A stretch of 64,000 nt of DNA from an uncultured Hyphomicrobiales bacterium (GCA_964524325.1 CAZGCT010000001.1:97482-161481), one strand, 5' to 3'; positions 19,858 through 30,719 are shown, counted from the first letter of the stretch. Notes: a model not told the origin generated them from the letters alone. Numbers and translations are program-made.

Positions 19858-20823
19858 TCATTCCTGTGCGTTTAAAGTTCGGTTCCCTATTAAAATTGCG
19901 CCATCTAATGGGGTTCCTATTGGATCTGTTATTTTAAACCTTTGGTCCTTGGTAACTTCTTCAATTAATTTTCTTCCAAGAAGACTTTTGGACTCGACAA
20001 TACCGCCAACAAGAGCCACTTGTACTTGTTTTGTTTTGAAGTATGGAAATAGAGCCACCAAGAGTTCTATTAAGTGATGTGATGAGCGATTAATAATGTC
20101 CATGCAAATTGGGTCCCCAAGTTCTGCACATCGCATTACTGTAGGTGTAAGCATTTGATATTCAAAGGTTTTTTCGGCATAAGCTTTGACAATAGTTCTC
20201 GGATTTTTTATGTCTATTAGTGGATTAAAATCGGCAAGCATGTCGGTTAAAATTGTTGGTTTGCCTCGACCGTCCAAAGCACGAACCACAGCTGTGAGCC
20301 CTTCGCGCCCAATCCAAGCCCCACTACCTTCGTCGTCAAGTTCAATACCCCATCCTCCGCAACGATAGAACTTATCTTTGCCTGTTTTTCCAATTGCAAT
20401 CGAGCCGGTACCAGCAATAAGTACAATACCATTCCCTCCGTTAAATGCACCTTCGATTGCAATTTCGGCGTCGCTTGTGATTATAATATCGTTTAGAGGT
20501 ATATTTTGTGTTCGTGCAAGCGTTTTTAACAAGTGTGTCGACCGTTGCTTTTCTTCTTCCAGCCAAACTCCCGCAAGTCCAATTACTACAATATCAATTT
20601 CGTTTGTGTCCATTTCTGCTTGGTCGCATAGGTCCAAAATGATTGTTAACAAGCGTTCGCAAGATTCACCCACACCGACTGAACCAACACGAGTTGTTCC
20701 AGCCGTTGTTTGCGATAGTATTTCATTTCCTCGTTTTAAAATTGCCCTTGTTCGCGTTCCCCCACCATCGATTCCGATAATCGTGTACTCATATTTTTTT
20801 TGCATAAATTTCTTTTTTGTCAT
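19858..20823 (-). CDS. BadF/BadG/BcrA/BcrD-type ATPase, likely MurNAc/GlcNAc kinase
   Basis: 321 aa. IIGIDGGGTRTRA N-terminal phosphate-1 motif and LIAGTGS of the ASKHA sugar-kinase fold. Sits upstream of murQ. Confidence 0.6.
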   Translation of the reverse strand: MTKKKFMQKKYEYTIIGIDGGGTRTRAILKRGNEILSQTTAGTTRVGSVGVGESCERLLTIILDLCDQAEMDTNEIDIVVIGLAGVWLEEEKQRSTHLLKTLARTQNIPLNDIIITSDAEIAIEGAFNGGNGIVLIAGTGSIAIGKTGKDKFYRCGGWGIELDDEGSGAWIGREGLTAVVRALDGRGKPTILTDMLADFNPLIDIKNPRTIVKAYAEKTFEYQMLTPTVMRCAELGDPICMDIINRSSHHLIELLVALFPYFKTKQVQVALVGGIVESKSLLGRKLIEEVTKDQRFKITDPIGTPLDGAILIGNRTLNAQE

Positions 20824-20928
20824 TCAAATCTAAAACTTATCTCAAAATTTGTGCCAACAAAAAGCAAAATTAAAAACTAAGTCTATTTTAATCATCTTTG
20901 TTTAATTTTGTTTTTTCAAGTTTTTACC

Positions 20929-22002
20929 ATGATTGCTTATAGATACATAATTCGACTTTATCTTCAGATTTTTATCTTTTCTGTTGTTGCTTTAACTTCG
21001 GTATTTCTTATTGTTAATATGATTGAAAGTTTAGACGAGTTTTTGGATACCAAAGCTACGTCAGAAATAATTTTTAGATATTATCTTCACTTCACCCCTG
21101 AAGTTATTCGATTAGTAACCCCAATTTCAGTTTTGATTGGGATATTGTTTTCACTGGGTCGGCTTTCCACTTTGAATGAAATTACTGCATTGAAATCTGG
21201 CGGTTTTAGCTTATATCAACTTATTATCCCATATCTTATTTTGAACACATTTTTAAGTTTAAGTCTTTTATATTTCAACGGTTGGATTGTTCCTCGTTCT
21301 AACGAAAAACGGTTTGCGATAGAAAGAAAATACCTAAAAAAGGAATTCGAAACTCGTTCCGTTTATAATTTTTTCTTTCGCGATGAGCCAACTCGTAATG
21401 TTTCGTTTCAATATTACGACCCCGACGAACTTCGTGGTCAGTATATATTTGTCGAGGATTTCACTTCTTCAAAAAAACCAAGAATATTTAAACGAATCGA
21501 GGCAAAGAATTTTCGTTGGGATCCCAATCTTCGGTCTTGGGTTTTGTATAACGTCATTGTTCGTGATTTTGAAAATCGGAACCTAAAATTAGAGGACTCA
21601 ATTCGGGTAAACCTAAAAATCCAACATGACCAATTGATGAAGCTTCAAAAAAAAACTGAGGAAATGACTTTCGATGAACTTCGCGAATATCTTAGCTTGC
21701 TTTCGCAAGGTGGGAAAAATGTACGCCGACAAATGATTAAGTACTATGCCGGATATGCTTTTCCCTTTTCATCTTTAATACTTGTTTTTTTTGCTGTACC
21801 TTTTGCTTCTTTAAAACGCCGTGGTGGTATTGCTTTGCAGATTGCTTCTGCTATGACATTTTCTTTCCTTTATCTTTTTTTTACAGAAATCGGACAAATA
21901 CTTGTTTATACAACAAACTTTCACCCTGCCCTTGGCGGTTGGATTGCCAACATTGCTTTCTTTATCTTTGGCATAATAGTTCTACTTAAAACAAGGACTT
22001 AA
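20929..22002 (+). CDS. LptF/LptG-family LPS export ABC permease (YjgP/YjgQ)
   Basis: N-terminal MIAYRYIIRLYLQIF (alternative upstream start at 20908). 3 N-terminal TMs, a periplasmic beta-jellyroll region, then 3 C-terminal TMs, typical of LptF/G. Confidence 0.7.
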   Translation: MIAYRYIIRLYLQIFIFSVVALTSVFLIVNMIESLDEFLDTKATSEIIFRYYLHFTPEVIRLVTPISVLIGILFSLGRLSTLNEITALKSGGFSLYQLIIPYLILNTFLSLSLLYFNGWIVPRSNEKRFAIERKYLKKEFETRSVYNFFFRDEPTRNVSFQYYDPDELRGQYIFVEDFTSSKKPRIFKRIEAKNFRWDPNLRSWVLYNVIVRDFENRNLKLEDSIRVNLKIQHDQLMKLQKKTEEMTFDELREYLSLLSQGGKNVRRQMIKYYAGYAFPFSSLILVFFAVPFASLKRRGGIALQIASAMTFSFLYLFFTEIGQILVYTTNFHPALGGWIANIAFFIFGIIVLLKTRT

Positions 22003-22854
22003 ATGAATAGGCGGGATTTTGTTTCTTTGTCGATTTTGTTTTTTACTTTTGGTAGCCGGCTTTTTCCCCAAACTTCGGCCGATAATTCTGTTTTTTCAAA
22101 AATTATGGAAAAAGCAAATACCAATCAATGGGCCGAAATTCCAATTTCCGAACTTATTTGTAAAATTGCCCTTGAATTCATTGGCTTTGCTTATATAACC
22201 GGTACTCTAGATACTGGGCTCGAGGAACGATGCGTTGTGACTTTCGATGGCTTCGATTGCGTAACTTTTTTCGAGGTATCCCTTTGTTTAGCCAGAATTA
22301 TAAAAAAACAAAAATTTACTTTCAAAGATTTGATAGACGAAGTTACTTTTACTCGTTATAGAAACGGAAAAATAACTGATTACTCTTCTCGATTGCATTA
22401 TTCAGCAGACTGGATTTACGACAATATTAAGAAAGGAGTGGTCAGGGAAATAACTTCAACCCTTGGTGGAGAAATTTTTAGCTTCAATCTAAACTTTATG
22501 TCTGAAAACCCAAATATTTACAAGGCTTTACTAAAAGATACTTCTTTAATTTCCAAGATTCGAAAGATAGAACTTGAAATAAATAATCGAACACATTTTG
22601 TAATTCCAAAAGACCGAATAAAAAACATAGAGAGTAAACTGAAAAATGGAAGTATCATTTTCTTTGCTACAAGCAAAAAAGGTTTGGATTACAGTCACGT
22701 TGGTATATGTTTCATTGAAAACCAAAAGCCAAAACTTTTGCATGCATCGTCCAAACACAAAAAAGTTATTTTGGACAAGGTTATTTCAGATTATGTAAAT
22801 GAAAACAATAAGGTCATTGGTATTACAATAATAGAACCATTGGAAGTGGCTTGA
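22003..22854 (+). CDS. Hypothetical secreted protein (possibly DUF1460-like)
   Basis: 283 aa. N-terminal hydrophobic signal. Start codon abuts the lptF/G stop. No clear catalytic motif. Confidence 0.35.
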   Translation: MNRRDFVSLSILFFTFGSRLFPQTSADNSVFSKIMEKANTNQWAEIPISELICKIALEFIGFAYITGTLDTGLEERCVVTFDGFDCVTFFEVSLCLARIIKKQKFTFKDLIDEVTFTRYRNGKITDYSSRLHYSADWIYDNIKKGVVREITSTLGGEIFSFNLNFMSENPNIYKALLKDTSLISKIRKIELEINNRTHFVIPKDRIKNIESKLKNGSIIFFATSKKGLDYSHVGICFIENQKPKLLHASSKHKKVILDKVISDYVNENNKVIGITIIEPLEVA

Positions 22855-22908
22855 TTTATTTCATTTCGATTGATATTTCACTAATTTTGTAATTTTAATT
22901 TTGGGAAA

Positions 22909-24366
22909 GTGAAACTCAAAATACACCATTGGATAATTTTTGCCTTTTTACTTGGCATTATTGCTGGTATAATTTTCAAAGCTGATGAAAAGGCAATAGT
23001 AGTTGTTGTTGGAGAGGATAGCAAGCAGCAGGCTATTAAAATACCATATTTTGACAAAGCTATGTTAATTGTAAAAAGCCCAGTCGGCTTCGATACAGTA
23101 TATTTCAAAACCAAAGTCAGCTTGATAGGATTTTATCAGAAGGAAGCCCAGAATGTTCAAGCTGTTTACTTCGATGGAAAAAGGTATACAAACATTTTGA
23201 AACTAAGGGGTGATGAGTCCCCCCTTAAGTTCTTTTCCCCAATTGGTTCGCTTTTCCTTCGACTTCTTAGCTTTCTTGCTATTCCTCTTGTTATTTCTTC
23301 AATGATTGTTGGAATTTCAAGCCTTGGTAATATTAAAACTCTTAGTAGAATAGGATTTCGTACTCTTACTTTTTATTTCGTTACCACATCATTTGCGGTT
23401 GTAATTGGATTAATTACCGTTAACGTGATTCAGCCAGGTAAGAAGATTTCCCCCGAGGCCAAAAGTCAAATCGAGTTTGTCGACCAGTCCGCATTGCAAG
23501 AAAAAATGCAGACAAAAAAGTTCGATTTTTTTGAGTTCCTTGTTAATATTGTTCCCTCCAATCCTTTTAAAGCTATGAGCCAAGGGGAAATGTTGCCAAT
23601 CATTTTCTTTGCAATATTCACAGGAATTGGATTAACATTTCTTGAACAGGAAAAAAGTAAGTTGATAGTTAATTTTTTCGATGGAATCTCTCAAATCTTT
23701 ATTCGAATGGTAAAAGTAGTTCTTTGGGTTGCACCTTTTGGTGTTTTTGCTTTAATTTCAGTTGCTGTATCTGAATTTGGTGTTTCGATTTTATCCACGC
23801 TTGGCTTTTATATGTCTGCAGTTATACTCGGACTTTTCTTGCATTTTGTACTTGTTTATTCTATTTTGATTTGGACATTCGCAAAAACAAATCCATTAGT
23901 TTTTTTCAAAGGGATGCGAGAAGCTTTTCTTGTTGCTTTCACCACAAGTTCGAGTGCTGCAACTCTTCCAGTTACTTTTCAATGTGTCGAAGAAAATTTA
24001 AAAGTACCTAACAAAATAGCAAGCTTCGTATTACCACTTGGTGCAACTATAAATATGAATGGAACAGCATTATATCAATGCGTTGCAGCAGTTTTTATTG
24101 CACAATTTTATGGACTTGATTTAAATTTTGCCCAAATGTCCACTATACTTTTAACTTCGATGTTCTCTGCAATCGGAACTGCACCAGTTCCCGGTGTAGG
24201 TATCATAATGTTGATTATGGTTCTTCAATCTGTTGGTATTCCACCCCAAGGTATTGGGCTTATTTTAGGAGTGGACCGAATTCTTGATATGCTACGAACT
24301 ATTCCCAACGTTGGAGGTGATGCTCTGGTTAGTTTCATCGTTTGGAAAATGGAGAAAGAAAAGTAG
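22909..24366 (+). CDS. Dicarboxylate/amino acid:cation symporter (DAACS / GltP family)
   Basis: 485 aa, GTG start. SSAATLPVTF and NMNGTALYQ motifs (HP1/TM7, HP2). Carries an ~80-aa insertion after TM1. Confidence 0.75.
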   Translation: MKLKIHHWIIFAFLLGIIAGIIFKADEKAIVVVVGEDSKQQAIKIPYFDKAMLIVKSPVGFDTVYFKTKVSLIGFYQKEAQNVQAVYFDGKRYTNILKLRGDESPLKFFSPIGSLFLRLLSFLAIPLVISSMIVGISSLGNIKTLSRIGFRTLTFYFVTTSFAVVIGLITVNVIQPGKKISPEAKSQIEFVDQSALQEKMQTKKFDFFEFLVNIVPSNPFKAMSQGEMLPIIFFAIFTGIGLTFLEQEKSKLIVNFFDGISQIFIRMVKVVLWVAPFGVFALISVAVSEFGVSILSTLGFYMSAVILGLFLHFVLVYSILIWTFAKTNPLVFFKGMREAFLVAFTTSSSAATLPVTFQCVEENLKVPNKIASFVLPLGATINMNGTALYQCVAAVFIAQFYGLDLNFAQMSTILLTSMFSAIGTAPVPGVGIIMLIMVLQSVGIPPQGIGLILGVDRILDMLRTIPNVGGDALVSFIVWKMEKEK

Positions 24367-24395
24367 GTAAAAATTATTTGCATTTGACTATTTTT

Positions 24396-25898
24396 ATGAA
24401 GGTTATGAAAGACATTAAAGATCTTGTTTCAATATTAAAACCAAAAACGATTTTGGGCAATGTCGAGGGCTTTATCTCTTCTGTTTGTTACAACTCTTCA
24501 AAATGTATTCCAAATTCTCTTTTTGTAGCAATTTCTGGAACTAAAGTCGATGGGCATTACTTTATCGAAGATGCTTTGAATCGTGGGGCAAAGTATATCA
24601 TTTGTGAGCAACTCCCAAATAATTTATCTAAAGATTGCACTTATTTTCTTGTAGAAAATTCGAGAATTGCCCTTGCTAAAACCTCAAATTTTTGGTTTGA
24701 CTTTCCAACGAAAAACATGTGTGTAGTTGGGGTAACTGGCACCAACGGAAAAACTACAGTTACTTATTTACTGAAAGAAATTATGAAAACTTCTGGAAAG
24801 AAATCAGGTGTGATTGGCACAATTGGTGCCTTTTCCGATGGTTATTCGAAATCTTTGAACAATACTACCCCAGAAAGTTACGAGTTGTTTAATATCTTGA
24901 AAGAATTAAATGATATCGGTGTTGAATTTGTGGCTATCGAGGTATCTTCTCATAGCCTCCACCAAAATAGAGTTTATGGTATAAATTTCTCTGGTGGGAT
25001 ATTTACAAATTTAACCCAAGATCATTTGGATTATCACAAAACTATGGAAGAATATGCCCAAGCAAAGTCCCTTTTATTTAAATCCTTGAATGAAAATTCA
25101 ATTGCAGTTGGTTTTAACGACGATCCATATGTCGGGAAAGTACTTCATGGAACAATGGCAGGAAAAGTAATTTTAGTGGGAAGGAATCCAATTTCGGATG
25201 TTGTAATTTTGAATGAAAATTTAGGTTTAGATTCCTCAGAGTTCGATTTAATATTTAACTCAAGTGTAGCTGATGTAAACGGAATTCATCTTAAATCTAA
25301 GTTAGTTGGTAGATTTAATATTGAAAATCTTGCATTATCGACAACTTTAGCTCTTGCCTTAGGAGTAGACTTAGAAACAATTCAAAAAGTTATTTCAAGT
25401 TTCAGAGGCGTTTACGGTAGGATGCAAAAAATAAGACTTAAAAATGGTGCAATTGGTATTGTAGATTACGCACATACTCCCGATGCTTTGCAAAAAGCCT
25501 TAGAAACCTGTAAAGAAATCCTAAATTTAAATAATATTAATGGTAAACTGATTTGCGTATTTGGCTGTGGGGGAGAACGAGATCCACACAAGAGACCAAT
25601 AATGGGCAAAATTGCTTCTGAAATATCGGATTTCGTTGTCCTAACCAATGATAATCCCCGAAACGAAAACCCCGATGATATTCTGAATCAAATTTTTTCT
25701 GGCATAGCAAGCGATAAAAAGAAAAAAGTTTTCCAAATTCAAGATCGTGAACAGGCTATCGAACATGCCTACAACTTAAGTAAGGAAAACGACATAATTC
25801 TTGTTGCTGGGAAAGGTCATGAAGACTATCAGATAATAGGCGAAATCAAGTATCATTTCAGCGACTTTGAACAATTAATTAAATTTGGAGTAAGCTAA
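24396..25898 (+). CDS. murE: UDP-N-acetylmuramoyl-L-alanyl-D-glutamate--2,6-diaminopimelate ligase
   Basis: ORF track starts at 24342, inside the upstream gene. ATG at 24396 (MKVMKDIKDL) preferred. GVTGTNGKTT P-loop, DYAHTPDAL, and DNPR near the C-terminus (Mur ligase family, MurE-type). Confidence 0.85.
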   Translation: MKVMKDIKDLVSILKPKTILGNVEGFISSVCYNSSKCIPNSLFVAISGTKVDGHYFIEDALNRGAKYIICEQLPNNLSKDCTYFLVENSRIALAKTSNFWFDFPTKNMCVVGVTGTNGKTTVTYLLKEIMKTSGKKSGVIGTIGAFSDGYSKSLNNTTPESYELFNILKELNDIGVEFVAIEVSSHSLHQNRVYGINFSGGIFTNLTQDHLDYHKTMEEYAQAKSLLFKSLNENSIAVGFNDDPYVGKVLHGTMAGKVILVGRNPISDVVILNENLGLDSSEFDLIFNSSVADVNGIHLKSKLVGRFNIENLALSTTLALALGVDLETIQKVISSFRGVYGRMQKIRLKNGAIGIVDYAHTPDALQKALETCKEILNLNNINGKLICVFGCGGERDPHKRPIMGKIASEISDFVVLTNDNPRNENPDDILNQIFSGIASDKKKKVFQIQDREQAIEHAYNLSKENDIILVAGKGHEDYQIIGEIKYHFSDFEQLIKFGVS

Positions 25899-25899
25899 A

Positions 25900-26763
25900 A
25901 TGAAAAAAAACAAATTTACCGAAGAAGAGCTTCACCCAAAACATCCTATAAAAGCTTACGACAACAAAGTATTCATTCATAGCAACGAAGGTCGTATTAT
26001 TCGAATTATCGCAGAATACTTATATCCAGACCAACATTTTAAAAAGCATGGTATAAAAAAGACAATTATTTTCTTTGGTTCAGCAAGGGTTAAGTCCAAA
26101 GAGCAATATCAAAAGGAAATTGAAGATTTGGAAAAGAAAATGTCTACTGTCTCTGAAAAGGATAAAAATCGAATTATGAATAAGATTCGAGAGCTCGAAG
26201 TAAAAACTCAAACGGTGGCTAAATTTTACAACGATGCATATTCTTTATCCAAAATGGTTGCAGAATGGAGCAAAAAATTTCCACCTCGCAATCGTTTCTA
26301 CATTTGCACAGGTGGCGGGCCTGGTATTATGGAAGCAGCAAACAAAGGTGCCCACGATGCTGGGGTAAAAACTATTGGTTTGAATATTAGCCTTCCTTTC
26401 GAACAGGAACCAAATGTTTACATTAGCAAGGAATTGAATTTTGAATTTCACTACTTCTTCATGAGAAAGTTCTGGCTAGTTTATCCAGCCCAAGTTTTGA
26501 TTGTGTTTCCTGGTGGTTACGGGACGATTGACGAAATGATGGAAATTCTCACTTTGCGTCAAACTGGAAAAATGAAAAAGCCTCGGCTAATCATACTTTA
26601 TTGCAGTGCGTATTGGAAAAAAGTAATTAACTTCGAATACTTAAAAGAAATGGGGATGATAGGTAAAAACGATACTAAGATTTTTTCCTTTGCCGATTCC
26701 CCAGAGGAAGCTTTCGAAATTTTACAAAAAGAACTAAATTCTAAGTTTCTCGAAAAAGCATAA
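25900..26763 (+). CDS. LOG-family (TIGR00730-type) Rossmann-fold nucleotide-binding protein
   Basis: 287 aa. TGGGPGIMEAANKGA and PGGYGTIDEMMEILT match the LOG / lysine-decarboxylase-like family. Confidence 0.7.
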   Translation: MKKNKFTEEELHPKHPIKAYDNKVFIHSNEGRIIRIIAEYLYPDQHFKKHGIKKTIIFFGSARVKSKEQYQKEIEDLEKKMSTVSEKDKNRIMNKIRELEVKTQTVAKFYNDAYSLSKMVAEWSKKFPPRNRFYICTGGGPGIMEAANKGAHDAGVKTIGLNISLPFEQEPNVYISKELNFEFHYFFMRKFWLVYPAQVLIVFPGGYGTIDEMMEILTLRQTGKMKKPRLIILYCSAYWKKVINFEYLKEMGMIGKNDTKIFSFADSPEEAFEILQKELNSKFLEKA

Positions 26764-26796
26764 AGTGGAATTAATACCTTATATTTTAATTTTATT

Positions 26797-28488
26797 TTGC
26801 TATTTATGCTCCAAAACAAAATCAATACCCGATTAGATGAACGCAACCAAAATAGATTAACTTTGATATTTATCCTGTTCCTTTTTTTGTTCTCTATTGT
26901 CTTAGTACGTTTGTTTTACATTCAAATTATTCATTCCGACAAATACCGCAGACTTGCGGAAGTCCAGCATATTAAGAAAATGGAAGTAAAAGCCAAACGA
27001 GGTGAAATCTACGACCGCAATGGAATACTCCTTGCTTCCTCGGTACTTTCTAGGTCTTTTGCTATTGACCCATTCTTGGTACAAAAGGATTCGCTTTCTC
27101 GGTTTTATTATTATTCTTTTGGTCAATTATTAGGAATTACCCCGGATAAATTAAAGTCAATACTCAATACATCAAAAAGATTCGTTTGGCTGAAAAGAGG
27201 ACTTTTAATGTATTCTCCAGCCCTTGATACTTTCTCGTTTGCAGGGCACATTCCCCTCGACGAGCCCAAAAGGGTTTATTTGTACGGAAATTCTGCATCC
27301 AATTTTATTGGGTTTACAAACATTGATAATATTGGAGCTTCGGGCTTGGAATACACGTTAGACTCTATTTTAAGGGGTAAAGATGGATTTGTTTACTATT
27401 CAAAAGATGCTCGGGGTGGATTGCATCCAAATTTCGAGATTCCATCGCAACCTGCACAAAATGGCGAAGATATTAAGTTAACAATAGATATTAATCTACA
27501 AAGGTTGGCTAACTTTTATCTTGAAGAAGGAGTCAAAGAAACAAGATCAAATGGTGGATGCATTATTGCAATGAACCCAGAAAATGGCGAGATTTTGGCT
27601 TTAGCAAATTACCCCAATTTTGATCCTAATGATCTTGCCGAAATTGATATTCCAAATTTAGCGCTTTATGCCACTAACTTTGCTTTCGAACCTGGCTCAA
27701 CAATAAAACCTCTAATTGCAGCAATTGCTTACGATCGAGGCTTTGTAAATGAAAATTCACTTTTCAATGGTCACAACGGTAAATTTGTGTATGGGGACGT
27801 TGTGATCACAGATGAGCACCCGTTTCAGAATAAGCTTGGGCTTGCTGATGCTTTAATTTATTCAAGTAATATCGCTTTTGCTCAAATTGCTACTTTGGTG
27901 CCTCCGGAAATTCTCGAAAATGGCCTTCTAAGGCTTGGCTTTGGTAAGAAAACTGGAATTGGGTTGCCAGGAGAATTGAAAGGATATGTAAAAAAAGGAG
28001 ATACTCTAAACTATACCCAACAAATGTTCCTTGGTTACGGATATGGTCTATTTCTGACACCTTTGCAATTAATAGTTGCTTATTCTACTTTAGCAAACAA
28101 TGGACTCATAGTAAAACCAAAAATTCTTTTTAATGATCAATTTAAATTAACTTATGATACTTTGTTTAAGAGGGAAACTGTTGAGAGGATTAAAAGAATA
28201 CTTGTTAAGGTCGTTGACCAAGGAACAGCTACTTCAACCAAAATTCAAGGAATTGAAATTGCCGGTAAAACTGGTACTTCTCAAAAATTTGAGGATGGAA
28301 ATTACTCAAAAACAAATTACATTAATACTTTTGTTGGTTTTCTTCCAGCAAAAAAACCAAAAATGCTAATTTTAATTTTGTTAGATCAACCAAAAACATC
28401 AATTTATGCTAGCTATACAGTAGTGCCAATTTTTAGGAAGTTGGTACTTTCAATATTGAACTCAAAACTTGCAAAATATATTTATTAA
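26797..28488 (+). CDS. ftsI: Penicillin-binding protein (class B transpeptidase, FtsI/PBP2-like)
   Basis: 563 aa. N-terminal TM, then STIKP (SxxK), SSN and KTGT active-site motifs. Confidence 0.8.
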   Translation: MLFMLQNKINTRLDERNQNRLTLIFILFLFLFSIVLVRLFYIQIIHSDKYRRLAEVQHIKKMEVKAKRGEIYDRNGILLASSVLSRSFAIDPFLVQKDSLSRFYYYSFGQLLGITPDKLKSILNTSKRFVWLKRGLLMYSPALDTFSFAGHIPLDEPKRVYLYGNSASNFIGFTNIDNIGASGLEYTLDSILRGKDGFVYYSKDARGGLHPNFEIPSQPAQNGEDIKLTIDINLQRLANFYLEEGVKETRSNGGCIIAMNPENGEILALANYPNFDPNDLAEIDIPNLALYATNFAFEPGSTIKPLIAAIAYDRGFVNENSLFNGHNGKFVYGDVVITDEHPFQNKLGLADALIYSSNIAFAQIATLVPPEILENGLLRLGFGKKTGIGLPGELKGYVKKGDTLNYTQQMFLGYGYGLFLTPLQLIVAYSTLANNGLIVKPKILFNDQFKLTYDTLFKRETVERIKRILVKVVDQGTATSTKIQGIEIAGKTGTSQKFEDGNYSKTNYINTFVGFLPAKKPKMLILILLDQPKTSIYASYTVVPIFRKLVLSILNSKLAKYIY

Positions 28489-28594
28489 ATAAAACAACAC
28501 TCTGCAACAAAATTTCTTTATCTTTCTTTATTTTCTTTTTAATTAATTGAAGTTATGTTAATTTGCATTTTCTTTTATTGTTTACGGAGAAAAA

Positions 28595-28840
28595 ATGGCA
28601 AAAGTCATTGGAGAAATTATTATCGACATTGAAAGGTGCAAAGGTTGTGAACTTTGCATTCAAGCTTGTCCAGAACATACCCTTGCCTTGGGCAAATCTC
28701 TTAATCATAAAGGTTATCAGTATGTTATTAAGGTAAATGACAATTGCACTGGCTGCGTTAATTGTGCTATTATTTGTCCTGATGCAGTTATTACTGTTTA
28801 CCGTAAGATTTACAAAACCAAACAAGAAGTACCAGCATAA
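28595..28840 (+). CDS. 2-oxoacid:ferredoxin oxidoreductase delta subunit (2x[4Fe-4S] ferredoxin)
   Basis: 81 aa. Two CxxCxxCxxxCP motifs: CKGCELCIQACP and CTGCVNCAIICP. Confidence 0.8.
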   Translation: MAKVIGEIIIDIERCKGCELCIQACPEHTLALGKSLNHKGYQYVIKVNDNCTGCVNCAIICPDAVITVYRKIYKTKQEVPA

Positions 28841-28848
28841 AGGAGGAT

Positions 28849-29922
28849 ATGATAATGGGAGAAATTAAGTTAATGAAAGGAAATGAAGCTCTGGCCGAGG
28901 CAGCAATTCGAATTGGTGTTGATGCATATTTTGGTTATCCAATTACCCCACAATCCGAAGTGATTGAGTACCTTTCGCGCGAGGCACCAAATCGTTCTGG
29001 AATGGTTGTACTTCAAGCTGAAAGCGAAATAGGTGCAATTAATATGATTTATGGAGCTGCTGGGTGTGGCAAAAAAGCAATGAGCACTTCCTCTAGTCCC
29101 GGTATTAGTTTAATGCAAGAGGGCCTTTCCTATATTGCAAGTGCTGAACTTCCCTGCTTGCTTGTTAATATTAACCGTGGGGGACCAGGACTTGGAACGA
29201 TTCAGCCAGCTCAAGGTGATTATTTTCAATCTGTGAAAGGCGGTGGCCACGGCGACTATCGCTTACTTGTTTTAGCTCCTTATAATGTTCAAGAAATGGC
29301 CGACTTTGTTAAACTTGGTTTCGAATTAGCATTCAAGTATCGAAATCCAGTAATGATCCTCTCAGATGGTGCTCTTGGGCAAATGATGGAAAAAGTTGAA
29401 TTACCACCCAAGGAACCTAGAGTAGATGTTGAATATCCTTGGGCAACTACCGGAAAACCCAAAAACGGTGAAAGGCGTGTTATTACTTCGTTACATATTG
29501 AACCTGAAAAAATGGAGGAAATCAATCTTCGTTTGCAAGCAAAATATAAACGAATGGAAGAAGAAGAAGTCCGATATCAAACTAAAAGAATAGAAGATGC
29601 AGAATACATTTTTACTGCTTATGGCTTGGTTTCACGTATTGCTCTTAAAGCAATGGAGTTAGGAAGACAAAAGGGGTACAAAATCGGCTGGATTAGACCA
29701 ATTACATTATTCCCATTTCCTAAGATAATTTTTCAAGAGGTTGCTGCTAGGGTAAAGGGAATTCTCGACATTGAAATGAATGCCGGACAAATGGTCGAAG
29801 ACGTCAAACTTTCCGTTTGTGGTAAAACACGAGTAGAATTTTTTGGTAGAATGGGTGGAGTTATTCCTACCCCAGAAGAGATCCTAGATAATTTTGAAAA
29901 GTTGTTTATAAAAGGAGAATAA
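28849..29922 (+). CDS. 2-oxoacid (pyruvate/2-oxoglutarate):ferredoxin oxidoreductase alpha subunit
   Basis: 357 aa. [31 protein letters not shown] is a canonical PorA/KorA N-terminus. Confidence 0.85.
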   Translation: MIMGEIKLMKGNEALAEAAIRIGVDAYFGYPITPQSEVIEYLSREAPNRSGMVVLQAESEIGAINMIYGAAGCGKKAMSTSSSPGISLMQEGLSYIASAELPCLLVNINRGGPGLGTIQPAQGDYFQSVKGGGHGDYRLLVLAPYNVQEMADFVKLGFELAFKYRNPVMILSDGALGQMMEKVELPPKEPRVDVEYPWATTGKPKNGERRVITSLHIEPEKMEEINLRLQAKYKRMEEEEVRYQTKRIEDAEYIFTAYGLVSRIALKAMELGRQKGYKIGWIRPITLFPFPKIIFQEVAARVKGILDIEMNAGQMVEDVKLSVCGKTRVEFFGRMGGVIPTPEEILDNFEKLFIKGE

Positions 29923-29924
29923 AA

Positions 29925-30719
29925 ATGTCAGTGGAAAGTGCTTATGTTATTGTTGATAATATAATTGCACCAGAAAATCTGGTTTATAAAAGACCTAAAG
30001 CTTTGCTTGATGTTGAGATGCATTATTGTCCTGGCTGTGGTCACAGTACTGTTCATAAGATATTTATGGAAGTTGTCGATGAAATGGGTATACAACACGA
30101 TATTATTGGGGTAGCTCCCGTTGGTTGCTCAGTTTTTGCTTATCAATACATGGATGTGGATATGCAGCAAGCTGCCCATGGTAGAGCTTGTGCAGTTGCC
30201 ACTGGTATCAAACGTGTGCTTCCAAATAAATACGTGTTTACTTACCAAGGGGATGGTGACCTTGCAGCCATTGGTGGGAACGAAACACTACACGCTGCAA
30301 ATCGTGGCGAAAATATTTTGGTTATCTTCATTAACAACGCTGTTTATGGAATGACTAGTGGGCAAATGGCTCCTACTACTATCGAAGGAATGGTTACAAC
30401 AACTTCTCCATATGGACGCGACCCAAAAACAATGGGCTGGCCAATGAAAATTGGCGAGCTTCTTGCACCTCTTCCCGGCGTTGTTTACGTTACTCGTCAG
30501 TCGGTACACACAGTTCAAAATGTTAGAAAGACAAAAAAAGCATTACAAAGGGCATTGGAATATCAAAAAATGGGCTTGGGGTTTTGTTTAGTTGAAATTG
30601 TTTCCAATTGCCCTTCGAATTTGAAGATGACTCCCCTCGAGTCAAATAAATTTGTCCAAAATGTTCTTATTCCTTATTATCCATTAGGTGATATTAAAGT
30701 TCCAGAGGTGAAAAAATGA
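29925..30719 (+). CDS. 2-oxoacid:ferredoxin oxidoreductase beta subunit (TPP-binding)
   Basis: 264 aa. CPGCGH...GDGD TPP/[4Fe-4S]-binding beta-subunit motifs. Confidence 0.85.
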   Translation: MSVESAYVIVDNIIAPENLVYKRPKALLDVEMHYCPGCGHSTVHKIFMEVVDEMGIQHDIIGVAPVGCSVFAYQYMDVDMQQAAHGRACAVATGIKRVLPNKYVFTYQGDGDLAAIGGNETLHAANRGENILVIFINNAVYGMTSGQMAPTTIEGMVTTTSPYGRDPKTMGWPMKIGELLAPLPGVVYVTRQSVHTVQNVRKTKKALQRALEYQKMGLGFCLVEIVSNCPSNLKMTPLESNKFVQNVLIPYYPLGDIKVPEVKK

